Below are positions 40,409-52,378 of a stretch of DNA of 64,000 nt, one piece after another; position 1 is the first letter of the stretch, and every line of letters begins with the position of its first letter. The translations under genes were made by a program, and so were the position numbers. The DNA comes from Chrysomallon squamiferum (Eukaryota; Animalia; Mollusca). The stretch spans positions 30,256,001-30,320,000 of the forward strand of contig CM022672.1 in the NCBI GenBank assembly GCA_012295275.1. Direction: 5' to 3'. Below the pieces are notes generated by a model that was not told the DNA's origin, made no database searches, and saw only the letters and a program-made list of their open reading frames with translations.

Positions 40409-42836
40409 TTGTTTGTGTGTGCATTGAAATGTATCCATGCATGTCTGTTTTGCTTGAATACAATGAATGAAAACTATGTCATCATGGAAAGTGAACCAGT
40501 TTACTCACTTGTGTTTCTAAATATATTTTATTATGACCTTGACATTGTTAAATTAAAAATTAAAAAAGCGCTGACATCCTGGCACTGATTTATAATAGGA
40601 ACTTTAATTAATTTAATTTTTAACAGGTCATTATGTACATGGACTGTTTCCATTTTAAATGGTTCTAGCAGACTTGAAAATTTAATTTATCACAAACTGA
40701 AAGTTTGGTATTCAAAAGGAACAAGCAATTAAAATTTAAAAAAAAAGAAAAAGAAAGAAAGGGAGAAAAAAGTTCTTCAAATTTGAAACCAAAAGCACTC
40801 CTCCTGTATATAACAAAATAATAATAATAATAATAATATTAAAACTGATTCATTAAAATAAAAGTTATTTTAAAAATAATAAACTTTTACAGAATAACTA
40901 AAATAAACATTATTTCAGGAATTCATTTTTACTCAAGAGAATCCATAGAGAGAGTGAAAAAAATTGTAATTTAAAAATTATTAAAAAAACAAAAGTAATT
41001 ATTTTACAAATTAACTAAATAAAGCTCTAAAGAGAAGCCCTGTTGTTGCTTGTTTTGGTGTTAAAATTAAATAGTTTAGAAAGCGATAACTACTGACTGT
41101 TCTTTAACTACTGATGGTACACACGAAACATCTGACATTTAAAATTTCCCACACAAATGGAACCAAAAGATAAAATTATTGCAAAATATATTTATTTTTT
41201 CTTCTAATATTCATCATTTATCTCTTAGAAATATATATGTGTTTGTGTTTGTGTGTTTCCATGTATATATCTATATGTACATCTGTATATGTTTCTATCT
41301 ATATGTCTGTGTATCTCTTTATCTATCTGAGTGAGAGAGAGTGAAGGCGAGAAGGAGTTTTTATTGAGTTTTGCACCAGACTGTCTACTGAGTACGTAAC
41401 TCAGGCAGATTACTTGGTTATAATATGTTCGTTAGTCTGGTGTGTTTGTTTTCATTGTGTGTATGTCGTTAACAAAGCTGTCTTATCCCATAGGGTCACA
41501 AAGGCTGCAGCCCAGGGTGTGGGGTGCTTAGACAGCCAGAACCAAGAATAAAAATCAAAGTGTTGTTAATAAAATAAATGTAATAAAAAATATCTATTGA
41601 ACTGACATTTGTTATTTATCTTGTGTCTGTTTTGGAGTCTGATTTATTTTTTATTTATTTATTTAATATTTTGTTGTTGTTGTTTTTCTAAATCTTTTTG
41701 ACTTGCTGTAGTGATAAAAAAAAAGGTTTTGTTCATGTATTATACAGAACGTTTATCAGTGTATTTGCCATCTGCTTGTCTGCTGTTAAAATATATTGCT
41801 TTGGTTATTCATTGTGCACAGCCACACACATACTGCACTTCTTTTTCACTATTGACATGCAAACTATCTTTTCTGAACTTTGTTTTGAAGCATGATACAT
41901 AAATATATTTTCTACCCTTCATTTTGACACTTGATATATACACTGTATGTGTATAGGAGCCTCCTAAAATTAATTAGCCCGGTAGTCAGAAAACATTAAA
42001 GCTAGACCCAGCCCTGTCTGGAAAGTAATCCGTGTTAAGCTGATTTCTGTAATTACTGCTAAATCTATTATTTTTGTTCTGAACTATTTCAAGTCAAAAC
42101 ATGAAAAAAAACAAAAACAAAAAAATAAATCCATTTGTAAAGAGATCTCACTGGGTTTCTAAGGGATAAATGAGGAAAAACATACTAAAATATATATAAA
42201 ACCTTCATTAAAACCGAACGTGATTCCGATTTCATTGTTATGTGGATTTGTTGTTACATCATTTGTAAACAAATCTGAGTATTTCCTTAAACAGCTTGGA
42301 GTGTTTGGTATGTAAAAACAAGGAAAAGATTACTTGCTGTTAATCAGTTAAATCAACCTTTAAGCTGGTTTTATATCAGTAACTGAGATACAGAAGACTG
42401 CATGTGATAAAAATATAAAAATAAAATTAAAATTAAAACTAAAGGTATCTGAGATTTAAGGATAATACTGTTTCAAGAAGAAAAAAAAAAAAACCCAAAA
42501 AAAACCCCACACACTTAATAATAACCATAATAATAATGATAATAAATTATGACGACGACGGCGATGATGATGAAATTTACGGTTTTCTTCACTTCTGATA
42601 GCTACATACAGATAGATCTATTATATGTAAATAAGGTTACAAACACAAATTAATGAAATTTTACTTACTTCAGATCACGTCTTATGGTCCTGATGACAAT
42701 CCACGTGAATTTGTAGCCGCCTGTCACCAAATATACGAAAAAGACAACAGCAGTTGTGAGAAGACATCCATAATTAAGATAAAGTGACAAAAATATACCA
42801 AGACCAAGAAAGCCGGTAAGCTTTGAAGAGCGACAT
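26554..42836 (-). CDS. Long-chain fatty acid transport protein (SLC27A1/SLC27A4-like, FATP; acyl-CoA synthetase family), with two 1-nt frameshifts as assembled
   Basis: Exons 42836-42669, 39224-38836, 32704-32553, 32171-32102, 30807-30606, 30052-29860, 29572-29429, 28718-28581, 28336-28172, 27516-27370, 26711-26554. AMP-binding motif [14 protein letters not shown], plus [28 protein letters not shown], the FATP signature [23 protein letters not shown] and [11 protein letters not shown]. The frame breaks once in exon 1 and once in exon 3. Confidence 0.93.
29195..29385. repeat. About 30-32-bp minisatellite (tgtctctggatatatatctgtgtgtgtatttg), about 6 copies
   Basis: Visible tandem units about 45 nt from the FATP exon 7 donor. 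Confidence 0.85.
30862..30945 (+). repeat. Short interspersed repeat copy; related copy at about 44386-44460
   Basis: aatgaatgaat..ttaa.ga.a.ccca....aaaa..catatc.......gtgtca is shared by both loci, with an internal gacacccc...gggtgtc inverted pair. Confidence 0.45.
31454..31901. mobile_element. Non-autonomous hAT-type DNA transposon (MITE-like)
   Basis: Imperfect TIRs cagcatttctcaac / gactgagaaacactg; flanking 8-mers gtctatta / gtttagta (6/8 match); subterminal gggttcc motifs. Confidence 0.6.
37490..37890. repeat. Degenerate minisatellite of about 38-40 bp (gatatataaactatcttttctgcacttctttttgac)
   Basis: About 10 visible units; related units at about 41830-41940. Confidence 0.75.
39533..40189 (+). 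mobile_element. Internally deleted hAT (Charlie/Buster-like) transposon with transposase remnants
   Basis: TIRs cagtgattctcaac / tttgagaaccactg; perfect 8-bp TSD ttgtagtc at 39525-39532 and 40190-40197. Internal fragments translate to [21 protein letters not shown] and [18 protein letters not shown]...[26 protein letters not shown], which resemble the hAT C-terminal dimerisation region. Confidence 0.9.
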
Positions 42837-44385
42837 GTTGTCTGTAAGAGCGCTAACAGACGATCTAAGTATTCGACCAACTCTGAACTCCAAAGGTCCA
42901 GACTTTGATTGCATTAGAGTCTAAAGTCCACAAATGTGTCGTAATGTAGCTACACAACGTTGCGTACATCAAAATTACCGACACTCCGTCATCAACATTT
43001 AACACGTGCTCCCAGCGTCACACCAAAAATGTTGGGGAAATCGGTCACCAACTAGTGACGTACGCTGCATGTGTAAGTCGAAATGTGATACAGAAAATGT
43101 GCGTAGCAGACATAGTTTCCGAATCTAAAAATAGAATAATGACCTATATAAAAAAAAAATTAAAAATTATTCTTATTTAAATAAAGTCTGTAATTATGAT
43201 TCAAATGGACTTTTAATTTTCCTCTTCGATGATTAAATATAAAATGTCAAATGCAGCCTAACAACAGAGGTTGTAACTGTTGCTGGGTTATACACACGGA
43301 CATAGCCAGACTGGTGGGAAAACCAAACCCACGTTGTGATGACGTCACGTATTCTTTTTTCATTAGCAACGTGATAATCGGAAAAGTATCATTAAAATTA
43401 AACAATAATATAAGTTATAAGTTTTCGTTTTGTATTTAAACAACTGTCACGATAATAAAGATTATTATTTGGCCAAAGAACAATAAAATATCATAATCAA
43501 GCATTTTATTCTATTAATTATGCATATTTCTTCATTTTATCTTCTTTTCCATTTCTTCTTAATTATGATTGTTGTTTTACGAATACGTTTATTACGATTT
43601 GGAGTTAAGGTAGATATTACTGCTATTAATAAATTATTGTTTGTATTATAGATTAAGCATTTACAAAATAAAAAAAAAATTTTTTAATAAAATAACTTGG
43701 AAAATCTTCTGGTAGTTCTTATTCTCTCGCTTTTGAAACGACACAGAGACACCCATATCCCCACACATACACGCAAACGCACACGTGCACTCATTTTCCA
43801 TTAAACATGTTTATGGTGATGCTAATCGTAACTGTATCCTGAAGACATTGACCTTTGGTCAGGGAAGAACAAATGCTGACTGAACATTGACGTGTCGACC
43901 TTTAGGTTAACATTTAGGTAATCGGGGGGTCAAATCAAGTCCTGCGCACTTCATGGGCCATTGAACACAAACTTACAATATTAGTCTTTGTTTAGTTAAT
44001 TTTGTGCATTTCTCTCTGTGCCCCTCCTCTCTCTGCCTCTGTTCTAATAAAAACGTTGACTCAGTTTACAGTCAGACTGACTCTAATTACTAACTAACCA
44101 ACCAACTAACAAAATAATCATTATAATAATGTTAATAGTTGTGGTAGTGTCTTCAATGGCATTAATAACTCGCTCATATCGTAAAAAGGCTGTAGTTAAT
44201 TCTGATTAATACAGAGTTTAAAAATTTATCATTTTCATAAAAGACGTCACAGATTTGAAAATAAATAAATAAATAATAATAATTAATTAATTAATTAATT
44301 AATCCACTTCTATATGTGATTTTTTCAGAAACTTCTGTTATTAATATGCCTTTCTATGGAACTGACAGAAATAAGAAACAGTGAC

Positions 44386-44460
44386 GGAATGAATGAATGT
44401 TTAACGATATCCCAACATGAAAATCATATCGTCTATTGAGTGTCAGAGGTAAATACGACG
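44386..44460 (+). repeat. Second copy of the short interspersed repeat seen at about 30862
   Basis: gaatgaatgaatgtttaacgatatcccaacatgaaaatcatatcgtctattgagtgtcag. Confidence 0.4.
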
Positions 44461-45068
44461 AAATGATTACATGCTATATAAAAACTACCACAGCGGTTTA
44501 ACACTGTTATATTTGTGGTTTTTTGTTGCTTTTATTTGTACTACAAGAACATAATTAATGTTTACCATTGCTATCCCTAACTGCACGATCAAGCCAGTAA
44601 CCATGATGTGAATTCTGCAAGTCTTTTATTTTTAAACTTTTGGGATTAGCACTATTATTTATTGACGTATTTTATAAATTTAAATGTTATAGATTAAAAT
44701 GCTGGACTTTACAATAACCGTAAAGAAGGAAAAAAAAAAAGATAAAAAACAAACACCCCCCCAAAAAAAACAAAACAACAACAACAACAACAACAACAAC
44801 AATAATAATAATAATAATTGCTTAAAATATCTATGTTAATAATCATATTATTTTAATATTTGAATTATGATCTTACAATAACTCGGGGTCACCAAAATCC
44901 TGAAAATATTATTTTAACATTAAAATTATAATCTCTTACAATAACCCGGGGTCACCCAAAATGCTGAAAATATTGTGTGACATTAAAACTTGTGTGTGTT
45001 TGTTTGTGTTTTGTTTTGTTTGTGTTTGTGTGTGTGTGTGTTTGTGTGTGTGTGTTTGTGTTTGTGTT

Positions 45069-45106
<38 letters not shown>

Positions 45107-45639
45107 TGTTTGTGTGTGTGTAAAAGTTTATATACTGAATTTTTATAATGTAAGAATGAATAATAAAACAAATCGAATCATTTCGGTAATTTTAATTACG
45201 TTTGAAACGGCAAGTGTCGACATAACACTTGTAAAAATATAATAATTATATAGCGTGCATATATTCGATAATGTAAGAAACTGTCATAAATAAAAATATA
45301 GATTATAATCATTGGATGACTCTTTCTTTCTTCTTCGTCTTCCTCTTCTTCGTGGTCTTCTTCTTTTTCTTCTTCTTCTTCTTATTATTATTATTTGGTA
45401 CATGTTGAGATAATGATAATATATATTCTGGAAAAAAAATATGTTTATAGTTTTTTACATTCTTCGTTTTTAATTATTGCTGTATACTTCATTTTCAAGT
45501 CTGGTCTTAATACCACAAGCAAATTTGGAAATGCATATCGGTTGTTTTACCAGAGACTTGATAGACTGGTTACCACTTTTGGTTTATAGATATTATAAAT
45601 AAAGATGTAAAGGGAACTAGTCTATATGTTGGCAAACGA

Positions 45640-45647
45640 GCGCCAAA
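45640..45647 (-). promoter_or_regulatory. Canonical E2F site (TTTGGCGC) 10 nt upstream of the GINS1 ATG
   Basis: gcgccaaa on the plus strand. Replication genes are typical E2F targets. Confidence 0.55.
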
Positions 45648-45657
45648 TTTGTAAACA

Positions 45658-46248
45658 ATGTTGACAGAGAAAGCTTTGGAACTTATACGTGAATTAAAAA
45701 GAAGTTCTGATGGATCGTTAACCCCTTTTAAAGAAGATGTTGTACGCCAGGTTCTGGAAGAAATAAGAGCTCTTTTCGAACACAACCAAAGAGATGTCAG
45801 TGCGGCTGTAGCAGGGGAAAACGGGCTTTTTTCGGGAGTTCAGTTGAGGCATTCAGCTTTAGAAAGAAATAAACGATGTCTTCTGGCGTATTTATACAAC
45901 CGCTTAAACCAGATACGGAAAATGAGGTGGGAATTTGGAAGCGTTCTCCCAGCGGACATTAAATACAATATGTGTGAACAAGAGCTCCAGTGGTTTAATA
46001 AATATAACAAAATGTTGGCGAAGTACATGCGTTCGATCGGCGAATCGGGTGGTCTCGATCTTACACAAGATATGAATCCACCAAAAACATTGTACGTGGA
46101 AGTTCGATGTTTGATTGATCACAGCGAGTTCGAAACACAGGATGGAACTGTCGTCGTTTTAAAGAGAAACAGCCAGCACTTCCTTCTCAGATCGGAATGT
46201 GAACATTTAATTCGACAAGGAATATTGGAACACATTGTACATCAATAA
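45658..46248 (+). CDS. GINS1: DNA replication complex GINS subunit PSF1, single coding exon
   Basis: Uninterrupted 196-aa ORF: MLTEKALELIREL...LRHSALERNKRCLLAYLYNRL...RWEFGSVLP...GLDLTQDMNPPKTLYVEVRCL...SQHFLLRSECEHLIRQGILEHI. Length and motifs match PSF1. Confidence 0.97.
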   Translation: MLTEKALELIRELKRSSDGSLTPFKEDVVRQVLEEIRALFEHNQRDVSAAVAGENGLFSGVQLRHSALERNKRCLLAYLYNRLNQIRKMRWEFGSVLPADIKYNMCEQELQWFNKYNKMLAKYMRSIGESGGLDLTQDMNPPKTLYVEVRCLIDHSEFETQDGTVVVLKRNSQHFLLRSECEHLIRQGILEHIVHQ

Positions 46249-49200
46249 AAGCAACTGAATTGTTTTAAAATTCTCCATCCGTCATTCCGTATGTGTGATC
46301 GAATAACGCAGTAATATGTTTCTTTATTTTTTATTTTTTGGAACATAAAATGAAATAAGTTTTGAAATTTATACAACACTAAAAGTGTTTGAATGAAATA
46401 ATGTATTAAAAATTACATGTAATATGATATATGTATATATTTTTAGAATTAACTACTATGCAAATTATTTTCTTAAAATAAAAAAGTTATAATGAAACTG
46501 AATTAAAGAGCAGGCATCAGATTTATAACATCTTACAAATGCAATACATTTATTTTATTTTATCTTTTTATTTTAAATATGAATGCAGTTATTAAGACTG
46601 TTAATAAAATAATTTATTAAATCGTGACAGTTTGTCGTATCATATTTTTGTTTAAATGTTTTGTATTTATCATTATTATTGGTTTGTCTTGATTTTGCTA
46701 AGAACGTGACATTAATAGGCAAGGGAAGCGAAAAGTGTTCACCATGGATTTGGTCGTGAACTATTTTAGACGTAATATATATACAGTTTATGTTTCATTG
46801 AAAGTATATTAACCTAACATCTTGTTTTATATAATTATATCATCTAGAAGTAGGCCTATCCTTTGATCAGAACGGATTGTCACATAATAGTCGCTGTCTT
46901 GCCCACATGTATTGTACTTACAGTTCAACACTTCTTCCGAAATAATGCTTTGATTTCTAAGTATGGCATCACTTAAACAATCAAATTTGGAGTATCTCTT
47001 ACTTAAAATTCGGAAATTTAAACTTTTATTGACTTTGTAATGAAGCAGTGTTTAATTTCACTGTTCACACATTTTAAAAGTCAAAATTATTAATAATATT
47101 CCATAATACCTACTATATATAATTTAAACATTATAAAATAAAAATCGTTTTGTCTTTACATCTAAATCCTTTTGGCAGCCTATCTCAGAATGTTCCTAAC
47201 TACAAGAAATTTAGAAAACGTTAATTGATATTATATATCTGACGGTGACTTAAAAATCTACCTTACGTCAATAGTTGAGACTAAAAAAAAAAAATATTAT
47301 AATAATTATTTTTAGCCTAATCATTTAGTTAGTTCTCTCCCCTGACTGTGTATACGTTACGGGTGGTTTCTTAGCAACCGGTCTTACCGGAAACGACGTA
47401 TAACTGTGAGTTAATATGGAATGATTATACTCTTACTATTTCTGAAAATAGTTACTGAATAACATGGAGAAGTGAATAATGTTATGATAAGATTAAATTA
47501 TTTTAAATATGTTATATTTTATTAGACATTTAAATGTTAAAACAATAAATTAGCTGCTAATTTATTATTTTTTCCCGCTTGCACTCGGAGCTCTTTGTTA
47601 TGACGTCATAATAAAGCGATGTCTTGAGAAAAGTAGACACCATCTTTATTTCTCCGTCGAATTTTTGTCAGCAGTTTTAAATTAGAGGTATAAATTCAAC
47701 ATGATATGCAACAAGAAGAGAATATTTTTTGCCCGTGAGTATATTAGAAAAATTTACTTCATCTTAATAATCTGTGGTGGCTCAGTCTGAAAAGTTATTT
47801 TACTTCGACAAGTCAAAACCATGTTTTTTGTAAATTCAAGTAGTTTTATATGTAAACAGATGCATTTTATGCAATAGCTGACTTGATAACACTGCAACCA
47901 AACATCAACAGTTTTAAAAAAGCCACACATAAAAGTAATCAGATCGAATATATAATAATTACAGATTAAATAAATTTTTAACACTAAACTTATTATTTTT
48001 AGTATTAATCAACAATATTTTGACATCAAAGGCATGCTTTACTTGTATAGGATTGTAAACATAAGACAGACTGATATCTAAAATTCAAAGGGATTAGAAC
48101 CTTCCTAACTTAATTAAATATAATTATTTAAAAACAAACATTTATTTTTTATCTGAAGTGCATTAGGCATAAAACCCCTGTCTGCTATCAAATTATTAAT
48201 GAAATATTTTAATGTTGTAGAAAGTCATATACCTTTTTGTTTTAGCTCAGAATTAATAATATATCAAACAATTTGCAAGCAATATTTATTATTATTTTAT
48301 TTTTAAATACATATTTTTGCAATCTATTTAGCATATTATAAAAGTTGCAGGAATTTTTCTACATATTTTATATTAGAAGACAAATTCAAATTCACACACA
48401 CACACATTTCCAGTTTATTATTATTAGTTCTAGATAAAACATATTTTGATCATTTGTAAATTGTTAACCTTAGCAACATAAATACATGTATTCAGATTAT
48501 AAAAATTATAAAAATAAAACAAAAATAGTTGATAGTTTAAATTTTTATTTTATTTTATTATCACTCAATGCTCACAATAAATCAAACATAACAAAAAATA
48601 AAATTAAAAAATAACAATAATATCATTATCACAGCTATTTGTAAAAACATTATTTTTAAATATATCAAAGAAATAAAAATAAAAATTTCTGTTTCTTACT
48701 GACATGGCTTATAAATATTTAGAATGACAGAATCATATTCGATGTATTGTAATCAACTTGTTATATGTTGTTAAAATCAGGGTTGATTTTAGATATGGGT
48801 AAACTATAGAAAACTGAAGAGGTCCTATTTAATTAATTATAACAGATTAAATTTGTATAATAACTTTTAGAGGACTTATTGACTAAGTTATTACAGAGAT
48901 TAAAATTGTGTAATAACTGAACTGAAATTCACAGAAGCTCTCATCTGACTTTGAGGTCCTAAGCAGATTATGTGAAATCCTGCTTTGATTTAATATAATG
49001 CACTAAGTTATTTTTCATCAGTGGACATTAAAAATGTATTTTACAATGTATTAATTATCTATCTTTGGTTAATGAATGGCACATATAACTACTACACAAC
49101 TAAAAGTAAAACACATTATTTTCCATCATCAGAATTCTGAACTTTAAGACACCATTAAAATTCAGTGATTAATTTACTACCATTGCTGTGCAAATGTCAA

Positions 49201-49373
49201 ATATTTTTTTTTTTTTTTTTTTTACATTTTAATAACTAAATCACAATGATTCATTTATTTTGTCATCAAATATTTAGTAATTTAAAATATACTTTTAACA
49301 GAAAGTATTTCACATATTTCTTCTGTAACAAGGTAACTTTTTTTTTTATGCCTCACCCCAAAGACAAGTAAAT

Positions 49374-49430
<57 letters not shown>

Positions 49431-50739
49431 ATTTGTAGGCAGAACATGAAATGAAATATTCCTTAATTAATATTTTTATTTTCTTTGGACGTTTGGTATC
49501 AATCTTTTTTCTCTTTTTAATTTTGGCTGACAGTTCAATGGAGCAGTTATGGACAAATAATATAAACCTATACATGAGTTAGTATTTAACAATGAAACAC
49601 AGTTTAAACCAAACAGTTGGTATCACTTTACAAAACAATGTTTATGATTATTTTAATGTTACTTTCACATAACATGGTAAAAACACAGTGAACAGCTATG
49701 AACCATATTATCAATATATAACCATACAATAGTGAACCATACTGGACCATAATGGTCTGTACAAGATCATACTAAATTGAACCATACTGAACCATGTGTA
49801 ACTGTACTAATTAATACTGAATCATACAGAACTATACTTAACCATGTTGTTCATGATTAATATTTAGTGGATTATGTAAATTTTTATATTATTTGTACAA
49901 CTCATAACTTATCTAGTACATGTAAAACTGCAGTGGTATGAATCTAAAATAAGCTGTGATGAATGATGGAGAACACAAAATTATGTTACTGTGAATGTAA
50001 CAAGATAAATAGATATATAGATATATAGATAAATAAAGAGATAAATAAATAATAACAGTAATAATAATAATAATCATGATGATGATGATAAAAAAAATAT
50101 ATATATGTAAACAAAAATAATAATAAAACTTAATTAGTAAAGCAACAAAAAATAATAATAAAAAATAAACAAAAAATAATTAAATAACAAAATCAAATTC
50201 AAAAATCTACAAAAAAGTTATATGTGAATCAGCAACCAACAGAACAGAATTTTTTTTAAAAACAAAACAAAATCAAGAAAATTCATCAAGATATTAACAA
50301 CTGTTGGTTATATTCCATATAAAATAATTCACAAAATTAAATAAATCTGGGATCAGTTGATGTTTAAAGCAAAACAGAAATAAACGCTTTGGCAATAAAT
50401 ACTTTAATTCTGTATTTTCACAACATCTACTTCTTTTAATCCTGATTCATATTTATTATTATTTTAACAGACATGTGGAAGGATGGTTGGATGAACATAT
50501 GGATGACATACTTAAAGACAGTTTTATCTAGAGTATTTGAAACTGCTCTTATAACCTAAAGTTTTTGAAACAAAATGTAGAAATTTTGGATTTCATAACA
50601 GAATAATCTGTCTGATAGACAAAATAGGTATGTATTTTTTAATACATATATATTATACAAAACCTGAATAGAAAAACAAAATGACAGATATGGTATAAAA
50701 ACAGTGTAAAACTTTTGGTGAGACAGCACAGATAAATAT

Positions 50740-51245
50740 ATCACAGTTGTGTAAATACTTGACAGACACTGTAAAATGCCACACAATATAGATAAGTATT
50801 TCACAGTGCAGGTAAATATTTCACAATATAGGAACATTTTAAAATCTCATACAGAAATACAAAAACAAATGGACAGTACAAGTAAACATTGTAAACATTC
50901 TATGACATAACATTCTGCAACACAGGTAAACATTCTACAATAAAGTAAACCATCTACAATAAAATAAACCATCTACAAAAAAATGCACGTAAACATTCTA
51001 AAATGAGGTAAACCATCTACAATGCACATAAACATTCTACAACACAGGTAAACATTCTGCAATGAAGTAATTATTACACTTTCAACAATGGAGGTAAACA
51101 TTCCATAACACACATAAACATTCTTCAGTGCAGGTAAACATTTCAAAATACAGATAAACATTCTTTAACACAAATAGCCATTCTCCACCACATGCAAACA
51201 TTCTACAATGCAAACATTCTACAACAGAGGTACATTTTAAACAAT
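50740..51245. repeat. Degenerate repeat of about 21 bp (caggtaaacattctacaa) immediately 3' of the TTC28-like stop codon
   Basis: More than 15 diverged units visible. Confidence 0.7.
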
Positions 51246-51252
51246 CCAGGTA

Positions 51253-52298
51253 TTATGTGTTAATGTACGGCAGGTACATCTTTATCGTTTCATCTTTCAA
51301 CCTGTTATCAATGTTGTCAAGCCGTTGCTGATATATGTAGTTGGCATAGTCCCGACGCTCATCAACGTCTGGAATGTCCAAGACAGGTTCTGTGTCTACA
51401 GGTATTCTGTCAGCTCCTGCAGTTCGTGAAGGTAACACTTTGATCTTGGCAGGTGTTGTTTTCGGTCGTCCAACTTTATCAAGCTCTACATCAGCCTATT
51501 AAAAACATTAAAACATTGTCCATGGTATAATCTATAAATCTATTAGTTTATCTAGCTATTACTTTATCCCTCTATCTGTCTGTATATCTACCTACTTACA
51601 TATCTATCTATCTAGCTATTTAAAATGTTAAAACATTGTCCATGATATAATCTATAAATCTTTTTATTTATCTGTCTATGTGTTAGTTTATCTATCTATC
51701 TATTTAAAACATTAAAACATGTCCATCATATAATCTATAAATCTATTAGTTTATTCTGTTAGTTTATCTATCAGTCTATCTATCTAGTTACATATCTATC
51801 TGTGTGTCTATCTACTTATCTGTCTACCTATCTCTCTATCTACCTATCTATAAATATGTGTGTATGTATATATATATGTATATCTACCTATCAACCTATC
51901 TCTGTATCTATCTCTTCCTATCTATCTACCTATTTATCTATCTATACCTACTTACCTATCTAACATATCTATCTAACATATCTATCTATATATCTACCTA
52001 CCTGTCTATCTACCCATCTGTCTATCTATATATATATATATATATATATATAATATCTGATCTATCTCACCTAACTATCTACAAATTTATGTATACCAGT
52101 TCTTTATCTATCTATGTTTCTATTTGCTTGTTTGTCTTACTTTTCTACACGTCTCATTTTCTCTATGTATGCAATTACGTGTGTGTCTGTTTTTCTGTGT
52201 ATATGTTTTGTGTATGTGTAGTATCTCTCTAGTATCTGTCTATCTGTCTATCTGTCTATCTATCTGTCTATCTATCTATCTGTCTATCTATCTATCTG

Positions 52299-52378
<80 letters not shown>

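Noticed and set aside
26554-42836. Calling FATP a pseudogene
   Set aside because: All splice sites and catalytic motifs are intact and both lesions are single-base changes in A-runs, which is more typical of sequencing error. Unresolved without reads.
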